DNA from: Spirochaetaceae bacterium
Lineage (GTDB): Bacteria > Spirochaetota > Spirochaetia > DSM-2461
Length of the DNA stretch: 64,000 bases
NCBI GenBank assembly: GCA_965224705.1
Contig: OZ245056.1
Span: 2,400,001 to 2,464,000, forward strand
Reading direction: 5' to 3'
The notes below the pieces were generated by a model that worked only from the letters and a program-made list of their open reading frames with translations, did no database searches and had not been told where the DNA came from. The number at the start of each line of letters is the position of its first letter. Within the stretch, counting starts at the first letter, position 1. The position numbers and the translations under genes are program-made. Below, piece by piece: positions 41,429 to 50,048 of the stretch.

Positions 41429-41432
41429 TACT

Positions 41433-41759
41433 ATGAGTATTAAACCCATTGACCTGCAGTCTTTGTTTGCCAAAATGGATGAGGTAAGCAGAGAGCAGGC
41501 CTATGCCAAAGAGCATTCAACTCTCCAACAATCTCATGCGGCCAGAACACAGGTAGCCAGAGAGCTTGAAGAGGATAGACGGGTTACAGAGTCTTCAGGG
41601 GATGAAGGACTGGATAAAATCAAGGATGATGAGTCCAGTAAACAAAATGCTGATTATAAACGAAATGGCAGCGAAGGAAAGAATACGTCTGGAGATAAAA
41701 AAGGCCGTACCATAATTAAGGATCAGGATGTGGGTCAGCACATTGATCTGGAAGGGTAG
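41433..41759 (+). CDS. Conserved hypothetical protein
   Basis: MSIKPIDLQ...G.HIDL pattern, which I recall in flagellar clusters downstream of DUF342 genes. Confidence 0.7.
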   Translation: MSIKPIDLQSLFAKMDEVSREQAYAKEHSTLQQSHAARTQVARELEEDRRVTESSGDEGLDKIKDDESSKQNADYKRNGSEGKNTSGDKKGRTIIKDQDVGQHIDLEG

Positions 41760-41762
41760 TCC

Positions 41763-42263
41763 ATGCAGGTTCTGACATTGGCTGCTTCATCTCTCATTGC
41801 CGGTATGACAAGTTTGATATTCATTTTATGGTGGAATAAGCGCATAAAGGATAAAGCCGGTACTCAGAAAGCAGTCAATCGGCTGCAGTCTGAGATTGGA
41901 GAACTTATTACCGAGATTAACAGTACAACTGAACGCAGTATTGCATTGTTGGAGAACAAAATATCATCTTTGAACGCCTTGATTGACAGAGCAGGCAGAA
42001 TTCAAAAGGTTCTGACAATAGAAAAAGAAAGAAATGAATCAGCTGACCGTATATACACTGAACTGGGCAGGAGTAAGTCACTTCCGATAGTTCCTCCCGA
42101 CCAATCCCAGGGCTCCAGAACAAATTTTGACTCTTTATCCGATCGGAACAAGGTTCTTTTCCTCCGCCGTCAGGGTGATACCATCGATTCCATTACAAAG
42201 TCACTGGCAATGAGTCGGGGTGAGGTGGAATTGATCATTGCTCTCTACGACGGTAATTCCTGA
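41763..42263 (+). CDS. Hypothetical membrane-anchored coiled-coil protein with a C-terminal HTH-like segment
   Basis: N-terminal TM; C-terminal G.TIDSI.K.L.MSRGEVELI; last gene of the flagellar run. Confidence 0.7.
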   Translation: MQVLTLAASSLIAGMTSLIFILWWNKRIKDKAGTQKAVNRLQSEIGELITEINSTTERSIALLENKISSLNALIDRAGRIQKVLTIEKERNESADRIYTELGRSKSLPIVPPDQSQGSRTNFDSLSDRNKVLFLRRQGDTIDSITKSLAMSRGEVELIIALYDGNS

Positions 42264-42287
42264 CACGATGAAGATGTCCATTGCTTT

Positions 42288-42785
42288 TCAGGCCGTCGAT
42301 TCTGTCCCCCGGCTCATGACTACCTTGCCCGTGCGGACCAGTTCCATTATGCCGAATGGTTTCATCATCTGCTGAAAGGCATCCACTTTTGTTGTTTGTC
42401 CGGTTATCTGGAATGTCATGGTTTCATCGCTGATATCCACAGCCTGACTGCGAAAGGTATCAGCAATCTGGAGGATTTGAGTCCGTATTTCTGGACGGCA
42501 GGTAACTTTAACCAATGCGAGTTCCCGCTGCACAACATTGTCTGCGACGTGATCGACGGCATGGATAACATCAACAAGACGGTTGAGCTGAGCAAGCATT
42601 AGAGTCAGTGTTCGTTCATCGCCGGTTGCTTCAATATTCATTCGGGAGAATTGGGCAGATTGACCCTGGGATACAACGAGACTGTCGATGTTGTAGCCGC
42701 GTCTGGCAAAAACCAATGCAATCCGGGTAAGCACACCTGGCTTATTGCTTACCAGAAGGCTGATCGTGTGCTTCATTGTATTCAT
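42288..42785 (-). CDS. ilvN: Acetolactate synthase small (regulatory) subunit
   Basis: LV.NKPGVL.RI...F.RRGYNIDSL, QLNRLVDV, E.VRTG. Confidence 0.95.
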   Translation of the reverse strand: MNTMKHTISLLVSNKPGVLTRIALVFARRGYNIDSLVVSQGQSAQFSRMNIEATGDERTLTLMLAQLNRLVDVIHAVDHVADNVVQRELALVKVTCRPEIRTQILQIADTFRSQAVDISDETMTFQITGQTTKVDAFQQMMKPFGIMELVRTGKVVMSRGTESTA

Positions 42786-44491
42786 GTTGTTTCCTCCTGT
42801 GTTTCATTCTCTCGAATCCTGGGGGCCTCGATTATCATTTCCTCGAGAGTGGCTCCGGCAGGCACCATTGGAAAAACATTATCATGCTGTTCTACCACAG
42901 CTTCAATCAAAAAGGGACCTTCATTCCAGTCGAGCGCTGTTCTCAATACCTTTCTTACATCGGAACTGCGTTTGACTCTCAAACCTTTTATACCGTATGC
43001 CGCAGCAAGCTTGATGAAGTCGGGGTTGCCGTCCAGATCCACACCCGTCAGACGATTCTCGTAAAAAAGATGCTGCCACTGACGAACCATACCCAGGTAA
43101 TTATTATTGATGACTAAGATTTTTACGGGCAATTTGCGGACGGCTGCAGTGGCCAGTTCACACAATGTCATCTGAAAAGACCCGTCGCCCACAATTGTAT
43201 AAACCCTTTTATCCGGTCTTGCTATCTGTGCCCCAATAGCCGCCGGAAGACCAAAACCCATTGTTCCGGCTCCTCCGGAGGTCAGCCAGTTTTCTCCTTT
43301 CGTGGATTTCACGAATTGGGCGGCCCACATTTGATGCTGACCCACATCCGTGCAGGCAATGGCATCGTCACCCATCATCAGGGCCATTTCTTCAATGATG
43401 TGCTGAGCTCTCAGTTTTCCTCCCTTGCGGTACTTGAGGGGGAATTCCCGCCGCCATCGGTTCACCTGCTTGATCCATTGTGCTGTATCATTGGGTGAGA
43501 GAAGAGGCAGGAGTTTTTGAAGGGAGTCTTTTGCATCACCAAGCACAGAACTCTGGGGGGAGATGATTTTACCGATTTCCACCGGATCTATATCGAAGTG
43601 GATTTTCACTGCGTTCGGGCAGAATTTGTCCGGGTTTCCCGTGATTCGATCATCCCAGCGGGCACCGATTGCCACGATCAGATCACTTTCACAGAGGGCT
43701 TTATTGGCATAGGCCGTGCCATGCATGCCTGGCAGCCCGAGGCTTAATTCATGGGTATCTGGAAAACTGCCCTTGCCGAGCAGTGTGGTGATAACAGGTA
43801 TTTTCATCTTCTCCGCTACTTTCAGGAGTTCGCTGGAGGCTCCGGACAATTGGACACCATGCCCGGCCATAATGATTGGTTTTTCCGCCCTGTTAATCAG
43901 GCTGGCTGCAATCTTAAGATCCTCGGGATTGGCTGACGGTACCTTGTGATAACCGGGAAGGTCGTACTCCTGATCGTCCGTAAACTCTATTTCCGATGCG
44001 GAGATATCCTTGGGAATATCGATGAGAACAGGTCCAGGGCGTCCTGTGGTTGCTATGTGAACAGCTTCCCTGATGACTCTTGCAATGTCATTCGGATTGG
44101 TTACCATGTAGGAGTGCTTCACGACGGGATAAGACATGCCAAGTACATCCGCTTCCTGAAACGCATCCAATCCGATGAAACGTGTGGCGGACTGCCCTGT
44201 CAGTATCAGCATGGGAACTGAGTCCATCATGGCTGTAAGGATTCCGGTAAGAGTATTGGTTGCTCCAGGTCCGGAAGTGACACATACAACTCCCGGCTTA
44301 GAACTGGATCGGGCATAACCATCAGCCATGTGAGTTGCACCCTGCTCATGCCGGGTAAGAACAAGTTCTACAGGATGATGCGTCAGAGCATCATATATGG
44401 GAATAGAATTCCCTCCAGGTATGCCGAAGACTTGACGAATTCCAATTTCATAGAGAACATCCAGGACAACTTCTGCTACGGTTTTCTTCAT
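42782..44491 (-). CDS. ilvB: Acetolactate synthase large subunit
   Basis: FGIPGG, RHEQGA.HMADGYAR, TSGPGATN, GRPGPV, GMHG, DVGQHQMW, GDGSF..NN. Start ATG 44491 (or GTG 44500). Confidence 0.96.
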   Translation of the reverse strand: MKKTVAEVVLDVLYEIGIRQVFGIPGGNSIPIYDALTHHPVELVLTRHEQGATHMADGYARSSSKPGVVCVTSGPGATNTLTGILTAMMDSVPMLILTGQSATRFIGLDAFQEADVLGMSYPVVKHSYMVTNPNDIARVIREAVHIATTGRPGPVLIDIPKDISASEIEFTDDQEYDLPGYHKVPSANPEDLKIAASLINRAEKPIIMAGHGVQLSGASSELLKVAEKMKIPVITTLLGKGSFPDTHELSLGLPGMHGTAYANKALCESDLIVAIGARWDDRITGNPDKFCPNAVKIHFDIDPVEIGKIISPQSSVLGDAKDSLQKLLPLLSPNDTAQWIKQVNRWRREFPLKYRKGGKLRAQHIIEEMALMMGDDAIACTDVGQHQMWAAQFVKSTKGENWLTSGGAGTMGFGLPAAIGAQIARPDKRVYTIVGDGSFQMTLCELATAAVRKLPVKILVINNNYLGMVRQWQHLFYENRLTGVDLDGNPDFIKLAAAYGIKGLRVKRSSDVRKVLRTALDWNEGPFLIEAVVEQHDNVFPMVPAGATLEEMIIEAPRIRENETQEETT

Positions 44492-44522
44492 ATCAACCAC
44501 TATGCCTCCAAAGAATTCTGGA

Positions 44523-44551
44523 AATATAGATTGCAGAGGGATAAAAGTCAA
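44523..44551 (-). promoter_or_regulatory. Putative sigma70 promoter of ilvBN
   Basis: On the minus strand: TTGACT, 17 nt, TATATT, a short distance upstream of the GGAGG RBS. Confidence 0.6.
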
Positions 44552-44731
44552 TCAAGATATACGATAGTTTCATATATTTGGTCATAATAGATGCAAAAAA
44601 CATCTTTTACTTGGAATATAGGTGAAAATATGTTAGTTTTTTTGATGATTGAATGCATGTTCTGATAATTTGGGGAATATTTTGTCCAGATTCTTTTGTC
44701 ATGTAGAATAGAATCCATTGCAGGAGTAGTC

Positions 44732-45808
44732 ATGCCCAGGGAGATTTATAATGTCAACATTCTCAGCCAACGCCCGCTGATCAGTCCCGAGAAACTCAAA
44801 ACTGAACACCCGTTTGACGATGAAATCAAGAATACAATCATCAGTTTTCGAGAGGAAATCGTTCGTATTCTTACACATGAGGATGACAGGTTTCTGATTA
44901 TAACCGGACCATGCTCCATTCACGATATGAAGTCAGCTGTTGAGTATGCTCAGAAATTAAAAATTTTAAGAGACCGCTACAAGGACACTCTCAATATAAT
45001 GATGCGTGTTTACTTTGAAAAACCACGGACAACACTTGGCTGGCGGGGCTTTATAATTGACCCCTATCTTGATGGTTCCTACAACATTCAGGATGGACTC
45101 AAAGAAGCTCGAAATCTCTTGCTTGAAATGGTAGAAACTGGTATACCAGTTGGAACGGAAGTTCTGGATCCTGTCATCCCGGAGTACATTGGCGATCTTG
45201 TTTCCTGGGCGGCTATTGGAGCTCGTACAACTGAGTCTCAGACACATCGGGAAATTGCCAGCGGCCTGTCCATGCCTGTGGGATTCAAAAATGGTACGGA
45301 TGGAGATTTGAACAAGGCTGTCAATGCCATCCTCTCAGCACAGCACAGTCACAGCTTCATTGGAATTGACCAGAGAGGTCAAACCTGCATTCTTAATACT
45401 CAGGGAAACAGGACAGGACATCTTATTGTCAGGGGAGGAAATTCAGGTCCTAATTATTATGAAGAAGATATCATACGGGCAGAGAATTCCCTTACAGAAG
45501 CAGGTGTATTGCCATCTATACTCATTGACTGCTCCCATGCCAATTCGGGTAAGCAGCATAAAAAACAATCCGGGGTATTCCAGGCAGCACTGGATCTCAG
45601 GGAAAGAGGAAGGAATTCTGTGAGAGGGGTGATGTTGGAGAGTCATCTGGTTGCCGGACGACAGGATATGACTGATAATTCTTTCAAGCTCAAATATGGG
45701 CAATCCATTACCGATTCCTGCATCGGCTGGAATGAAACGGAGATGCTCCTATCCATGGCTGCTCAAAGACTTTCGCAGAGATTCTGCGGCAGAATGGAGA
45801 ATGTATGA
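44732..45808 (+). CDS. Class I (AroF/G/H-type) DAHP synthase
   Basis: GPCSIHD, RVYFEKPRT, AIGARTTESQ.HRE.ASGLS.PVGFKNGT, DCSHANS, GVMLES, YGQSITD.CIGW. AGGAG RBS. Confidence 0.96.
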   Translation: MPREIYNVNILSQRPLISPEKLKTEHPFDDEIKNTIISFREEIVRILTHEDDRFLIITGPCSIHDMKSAVEYAQKLKILRDRYKDTLNIMMRVYFEKPRTTLGWRGFIIDPYLDGSYNIQDGLKEARNLLLEMVETGIPVGTEVLDPVIPEYIGDLVSWAAIGARTTESQTHREIASGLSMPVGFKNGTDGDLNKAVNAILSAQHSHSFIGIDQRGQTCILNTQGNRTGHLIVRGGNSGPNYYEEDIIRAENSLTEAGVLPSILIDCSHANSGKQHKKQSGVFQAALDLRERGRNSVRGVMLESHLVAGRQDMTDNSFKLKYGQSITDSCIGWNETEMLLSMAAQRLSQRFCGRMENV

Positions 45809-47271
45809 CGCGGCGTGAAAGACTGAGCCAGCGTTTAGCTGTCTTAATTGAGTCATTGCTTGAAAAAAAGGCTTCATGGTCTGGTGACTTTTACTCCGGT
45901 ATCAGTCTGGAAGGCCGGTCTGTTCACTGGTTTCTCACTGCCCAGCGTATAGGAAAACGTCTCAATCTTATTGAAACCGTTACCGGATCCGATCAGGATT
46001 CAAGGGTTGTACGGGCATGGACAGTTATTTCTGCGGGAAAGGATCAATGGAGCCTTGAAGCCGCTGAAAAAAACCATGAAGAGTTACCGGAAGAATGGAT
46101 AAATGATGAACTTGAAGAGACAATTGGCCGCCTGGAAGACCCGGAAACAGCAAGGTCAACATTGGAAGTTCCCAAGGCCAGATTGATTGACTCAATCGTT
46201 CCTTCACCAATTCATGGAACATGGCCCAGGCGTTTACGGCTCGGATATGGAATCGGGGTATTCATACTGGCGTTTTTCATTCTGGTAACAGTCAGTACGT
46301 ATCAATTTCACAGGATGGCAGGTCTGGTCAGGGAGATTCATTCGACTATAGATGTATCCTCAACCAGACAGATCCAGACGGATCAGACAATCAGTGCCCG
46401 GCTGAAAGCCATGGACAATGAAATAGAGAAACTCAGGAATGATATTCAGCGGGAACGCATGGCCTTTGAATTCACCCGCAAAAATACGGCTATGTCACTT
46501 CGAGAACAGGCGGAAGGTTTCTCACGGGATGACTACTCCAGATTCCGTGCCTGGAACCATCTCGCAGATCGGGTTGAATATGCTGGTAGTTATGGAGATA
46601 TCTTCCAGGAAATCTCACGTTTACCTGAAAATAATGCCCAGGCCGAGACAGTGATGGCACTGGATAGAGCCAGGATAGTTCCTTTGTCGGCATATCGTTC
46701 AACTGTTCACCAGTTGTTGTTTCCGGTTCGTCTGGATGGCAAAGGGGCCGATGGAGATGATTTCATGATTTCCAGTGGTTTCGGAGAATTGCGTCCCTCC
46801 AGTCTGGGTACAGGCGGATATTTGCCCCACATGGCTGTTGATATTATCAATATCAGAAACATTCTCACCGTTACCCCGGGAAACTCCATCATACGATTTC
46901 CAGGTGAACCCGGAAATGTTGTAGCGTCAGCGAATGGCGAGGTAGTCGAGAAGGAATACAGCAGCATCTACGGCTGGTTTATCGAGGTGAATCATCCCAT
47001 CAATCCGATCTGGCAGAAGAATTTTTCGGGACTGAAATATCTCACAACTTTCTATGCACATCTGGCCGATAAGCCGGTCTGGAATGTGGGAGATGCCGTG
47101 CGTCAAAGTGATAAGCTTGGTTCTATAGGCAATACTGGTAAGACAACAGGGCCTCATCTTCATTTTGAAGTGAGAGTTTATCGAGATAATGCAGAGTTTC
47201 ACGGTAAACTTGGAAAATTTGACAGAATCAATCCCTTCGTCCCGATTGGGAATCAGGGTTTGGAGCCATAA
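45805..47271 (+). CDS. Membrane-anchored M23-family peptidase
   Basis: TM near aa 145-165, coiled coil, H-x3-D (HMAVD), YAHL, GNTG.TTGPHLHFE. Confidence 0.88.
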   Translation: MTRRERLSQRLAVLIESLLEKKASWSGDFYSGISLEGRSVHWFLTAQRIGKRLNLIETVTGSDQDSRVVRAWTVISAGKDQWSLEAAEKNHEELPEEWINDELEETIGRLEDPETARSTLEVPKARLIDSIVPSPIHGTWPRRLRLGYGIGVFILAFFILVTVSTYQFHRMAGLVREIHSTIDVSSTRQIQTDQTISARLKAMDNEIEKLRNDIQRERMAFEFTRKNTAMSLREQAEGFSRDDYSRFRAWNHLADRVEYAGSYGDIFQEISRLPENNAQAETVMALDRARIVPLSAYRSTVHQLLFPVRLDGKGADGDDFMISSGFGELRPSSLGTGGYLPHMAVDIINIRNILTVTPGNSIIRFPGEPGNVVASANGEVVEKEYSSIYGWFIEVNHPINPIWQKNFSGLKYLTTFYAHLADKPVWNVGDAVRQSDKLGSIGNTGKTTGPHLHFEVRVYRDNAEFHGKLGKFDRINPFVPIGNQGLEP

Positions 47272-47663
47272 ACCTCCAGGGGATTGAACAGGGGATCAGA
47301 AATGATTTTCAATTTGTTATCTTCAATACGGTAGAAGAAACAGCTTCTTCGGCCTGTATGACACGCAGCATCTCCTGCTTGCTGGACCTTTAGAAGAACT
47401 GTATCCCTGTCACAATCCAGAAAAATCTCCTTCACATATTGTTTATTGCCCGAAGTTTCGCCTTTCTCCCATATGCGGCATTGTGATCTCGACCAATAAA
47501 CGGCGACACCTCGTTCCATGGTCATATTCCACGCCTCAAGGTTCATCCACGCCAGCATCAAAACTTCACCAGAGGTATAATCCTGTGCGATAACCGGAAC
47601 CAGTCCGCTTGCTTCATTAAAACTGGGTATCAAAGGGGATTCAGCTTTCAAGGCGTTCTTCAA
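47253..47663 (-). CDS. hisI: Phosphoribosyl-AMP cyclohydrolase
   Basis: GLVPVIAQD, VLMLAWMN, WSRS...W.KGETSG, DCD.D, ACHTG..SCF. Confidence 0.95.
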   Translation of the reverse strand: MKNALKAESPLIPSFNEASGLVPVIAQDYTSGEVLMLAWMNLEAWNMTMERGVAVYWSRSQCRIWEKGETSGNKQYVKEIFLDCDRDTVLLKVQQAGDAACHTGRRSCFFYRIEDNKLKIISDPLFNPLEVYGSKP

Positions 47664-48102
47664 TCGGACTCAACAGGAAGTGAAGCTCATCGCAGGAGAT
47701 AACTCGATTGTCGGGTTTTCTGCCATCCAGTTTACTGAGTTTTTCTTTGATTATTAGAATATCATCCAGATGATCGGCTGCAATCTTCTTGATTTCTGAA
47801 AATTCAGGCTTGAATACTGTCAGGTAGTCATCTTTCGCCCTGAGAATGGTTTCAAGCAGTTTTCCATACACGACTTTAGTTTTCATGATGGAATGGAGAT
47901 GGGTCGGACCGTGGATGAGATTGTTATTCTCGATCAATGATGTGTAGATTTTTTGAATAATTGTATTGATGAAGAGGCAGTCTTCAAGAATTTTCGATGC
48001 AAAATACTCCGCATTGACATTGAGTTTGATGGCATCATGGAGATTACGAATCATCACCATGAGAAAGAAGATATTGTCATCATATTGAATTCTTTTCGTC
48101 AT
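47641..48102 (-). CDS. Hypothetical protein
   Basis: 153-aa ORF divergent from rpsF and overlapping the hisI start; helical; no recognised motif. Confidence 0.65.
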   Translation of the reverse strand: MTKRIQYDDNIFFLMVMIRNLHDAIKLNVNAEYFASKILEDCLFINTIIQKIYTSLIENNNLIHGPTHLHSIMKTKVVYGKLLETILRAKDDYLTVFKPEFSEIKKIAADHLDDILIIKEKLSKLDGRKPDNRVISCDELHFLLSPIEERLES

Positions 48103-48147
48103 ATCAGTTCTATTACTCTTTCTTTATCGGTGAGTGCGATGATTTGC

Positions 48148-48176
48148 TTGACGCTATTTCGATTTTCATATAGTCT
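48148..48176 (+). promoter_or_regulatory. Putative sigma70 promoter of the rpsF operon
   Basis: TTGACG (48148-48153), 17 nt, TAGTCT (48171-48176). Confidence 0.55.
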
Positions 48177-48181
48177 TCTTT

Positions 48182-48230
48182 GACTCCTTTCCTATACTAT
48201 TTATAGGACAAGTATGTCCATAAGGAGACT
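48182..48230 (+). promoter_or_regulatory. Putative S6:S18 autogenous leader RNA
   Basis: CTCCTT can pair with the AAGGAG SD of rpsF, enclosing CCTATA/TATAGG or GGACA/TGTCC stems. This matches the known S6:S18 leader architecture. Confidence 0.6.
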
Positions 48231-48234
48231 GAGA

Positions 48235-48525
48235 ATGAGGAACTACGAATTGGTTTGTGCCTTCCGAATAAAGGAAGCACAGGATGTTAAAGGAATTGAG
48301 GCAGTCAAAGAAATACTGACCAATATCAAGTCTGACATCAAATCTGAAGTCGATATGGGAGACAGGGAACTTGCTTACGAAGTGGACAATGAAACTCGGG
48401 CACGTTACCGTCTGTTCAATATTGAACTGGATCAGAAATCACTTCCCAGAGTTGAGGAATCGTTGAAGCTGCGTACAGAAATTCTACGCTACCTTTTTGT
48501 CGCTAAGCAATTATCAACAGTTTAG
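48235..48525 (+). CDS. rpsF: 30S ribosomal protein S6
   Basis: MRNYEL, G.RELAYEV, ILRYL; first gene of rpsF-ssb-rpsR. Confidence 0.93.
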   Translation: MRNYELVCAFRIKEAQDVKGIEAVKEILTNIKSDIKSEVDMGDRELAYEVDNETRARYRLFNIELDQKSLPRVEESLKLRTEILRYLFVAKQLSTV

Positions 48526-48533
48526 GAGGGAAT

Positions 48534-48989
48534 ATGGCCGATATAAATAAAGTTGTATTGGTTGGGCGACTCACTCGAGATGCAGAACAATCCTATACAA
48601 GGAATGGTTTTGCCCTTCTGAAGTTTGCAGTTGCTGTGAATCGGCGACGAAAGCAGGGTGATCAATGGATTGATGAAGCAAATTTTTTTGATGCGACAGT
48701 TTTTGGGCGTCAGGGAGAAGCGATTGCGTCCTTTATGAAGAAGGGGAAACAGGTCGCCATCGAGGGACAGCTTCATCAGGAACGATGGGAAGCCCAGGAT
48801 GGATCAAAACGTTCGAAAGTAAGCATAGATGTGAATAATATTCAACTTCTGGGATCAGGTCGCAGGGATGACTTTACTTCAGAGAGTGATTACCAGCCCC
48901 ATGCGGATAAAGAGCCCCTCCCCGCACAGAGTTCCGGAGCCAGCATTGGATTCCCGGAGACGAATTTTGAAGATGATATACCATTCTAG
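48534..48989 (+). CDS. ssb: Single-stranded DNA-binding protein
   Basis: INKVVLVGRLTRD, KGKQV.IEG.L, C-terminal DDIPF. Confidence 0.98.
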   Translation: MADINKVVLVGRLTRDAEQSYTRNGFALLKFAVAVNRRRKQGDQWIDEANFFDATVFGRQGEAIASFMKKGKQVAIEGQLHQERWEAQDGSKRSKVSIDVNNIQLLGSGRRDDFTSESDYQPHADKEPLPAQSSGASIGFPETNFEDDIPF

Positions 48990-49150
48990 GAGTCTGTCGG
49001 ACTTACGCCTCACGGCTCGATTTTTGCCCTTTTCCCCTGCTGCTGCGTTGCCAAAATACTCACGTAGCCCAGCTACGCTCCGTTTTTGTCGCCTTGCATC
49101 AGGGAAAAATCATCAAAAATCGCCTCAAAGACTTAAAGTCCGACGGACTC
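48990..49150 (+). mobile_element. 161-bp palindromic MITE-like element, copy 1
   Basis: TIRs GAGTCTGTCGGACTT / AAGTCCGACGGACTC. Differs from the reverse complement of the copy at 53963-54123 at 17 of 161 positions (manual count). Preceded by CTAG (ssb stop). Confidence 0.9.
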
Positions 49151-49175
49151 CCGAGAAAACATAAGGAGAGAAATA

Positions 49176-49481
49176 ATGTCTGATCATAGTAATGAAATGA
49201 GAGCGGATTCCCATGATTATCGTTCATCCGGACTCCGCGATGACAGGGACGACAGAGGAGGAGCTCGCCGCAAATTTTTCAGACGGAAGGTTTGCAGAGT
49301 GTGTATTGGCAAGATCAGGATTGACTACAAGGAATCGGATGCACTCAGCCGTTTCACAACAGAAAGAGGTAAGATTCTCCCCCGTCGGATTACCGGTACC
49401 TGTGCCAGACATCAAAGGCTGGTTGCGCGTGAGATTAAGAGGGCCAGAATTCTGGCCCTACTCCCGTTTGCCGCTAAGTAA
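49176..49481 (+). CDS. rpsR: 30S ribosomal protein S18 (Zn-ribbon type, N-terminal extension)
   Basis: [42 protein letters not shown]. Confidence 0.97.
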   Translation: MSDHSNEMRADSHDYRSSGLRDDRDDRGGARRKFFRRKVCRVCIGKIRIDYKESDALSRFTTERGKILPRRITGTCARHQRLVAREIKRARILALLPFAAK

Positions 49482-49493
49482 GGAGACCTGTCA

Positions 49494-50048
49494 ATGAAAA
49501 TCATACTTTACAGTGATGTTCCCAACCTTGGTGAGGAGGGTGATGTCAAAGTCGTTGCTGATGGCTATGCTCGAAATTATCTGATTCCCCGTAAATTTGC
49601 TGTACGATACTCGAAAGCAACAGAAATGGAATTGACCCAGAAACAAAGAGCAATTTCCCAGCGTAAGGCTGAAAAAACACTTGCGGCTGCTGGAGACAAG
49701 ACCAGAATTGAGTTGTTGGAAATGAATCTGGATGTTGCGGCAGGGGAATCCGGAAAACTTTTTGGTTCGGTTACCAGTTCCGCTGTTGCCGATTATCTGA
49801 GCATTCAGGGGATAATGGTCGAACGGAAGAGAATTGAATTACCGGACAGTGGAATCAAAGTTGTTGGTTCTCACTCAGTGACAGTCAAACTCTATGGCGG
49901 TGAAAGGGCTGTTCTAAAAGTCAATGTTTCGGCTATCGGGAATACGGACTCTGTGGCAGCGCAGGAAATTGCTGACAGCGATAAACCGAACAATCTGCCG
50001 TCAATTGAAGATGAGGATTCAGAAATCGAAATCAACGGGGAGGAATGA
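49494..50048 (+). CDS. rplI: 50S ribosomal protein L9
   Basis: MKIIL..DV.NLG..GD...V..GYARNYLIP, GKLFGSVT. Confidence 0.97.
   Translation: MKIILYSDVPNLGEEGDVKVVADGYARNYLIPRKFAVRYSKATEMELTQKQRAISQRKAEKTLAAAGDKTRIELLEMNLDVAAGESGKLFGSVTSSAVADYLSIQGIMVERKRIELPDSGIKVVGSHSVTVKLYGGERAVLKVNVSAIGNTDSVAAQEIADSDKPNNLPSIEDEDSEIEINGEE

Noticed and set aside
44510..44731. Attenuator, T-box or leader peptide for ilvBN or the DAHP synthase gene
   Set aside because: The ilvB promoter candidate lies just upstream of the RBS. No Ile/Leu/Val-rich leader, T-box motif or terminator is visible, and the 61-aa ORF there looks spurious.
48868..49164. 98-aa ORF overlapping the ssb end; also the 76-aa ORF at 53789-54019 (-)
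   Set aside because: These are read-throughs of the palindromic element's open frames, not independent genes.
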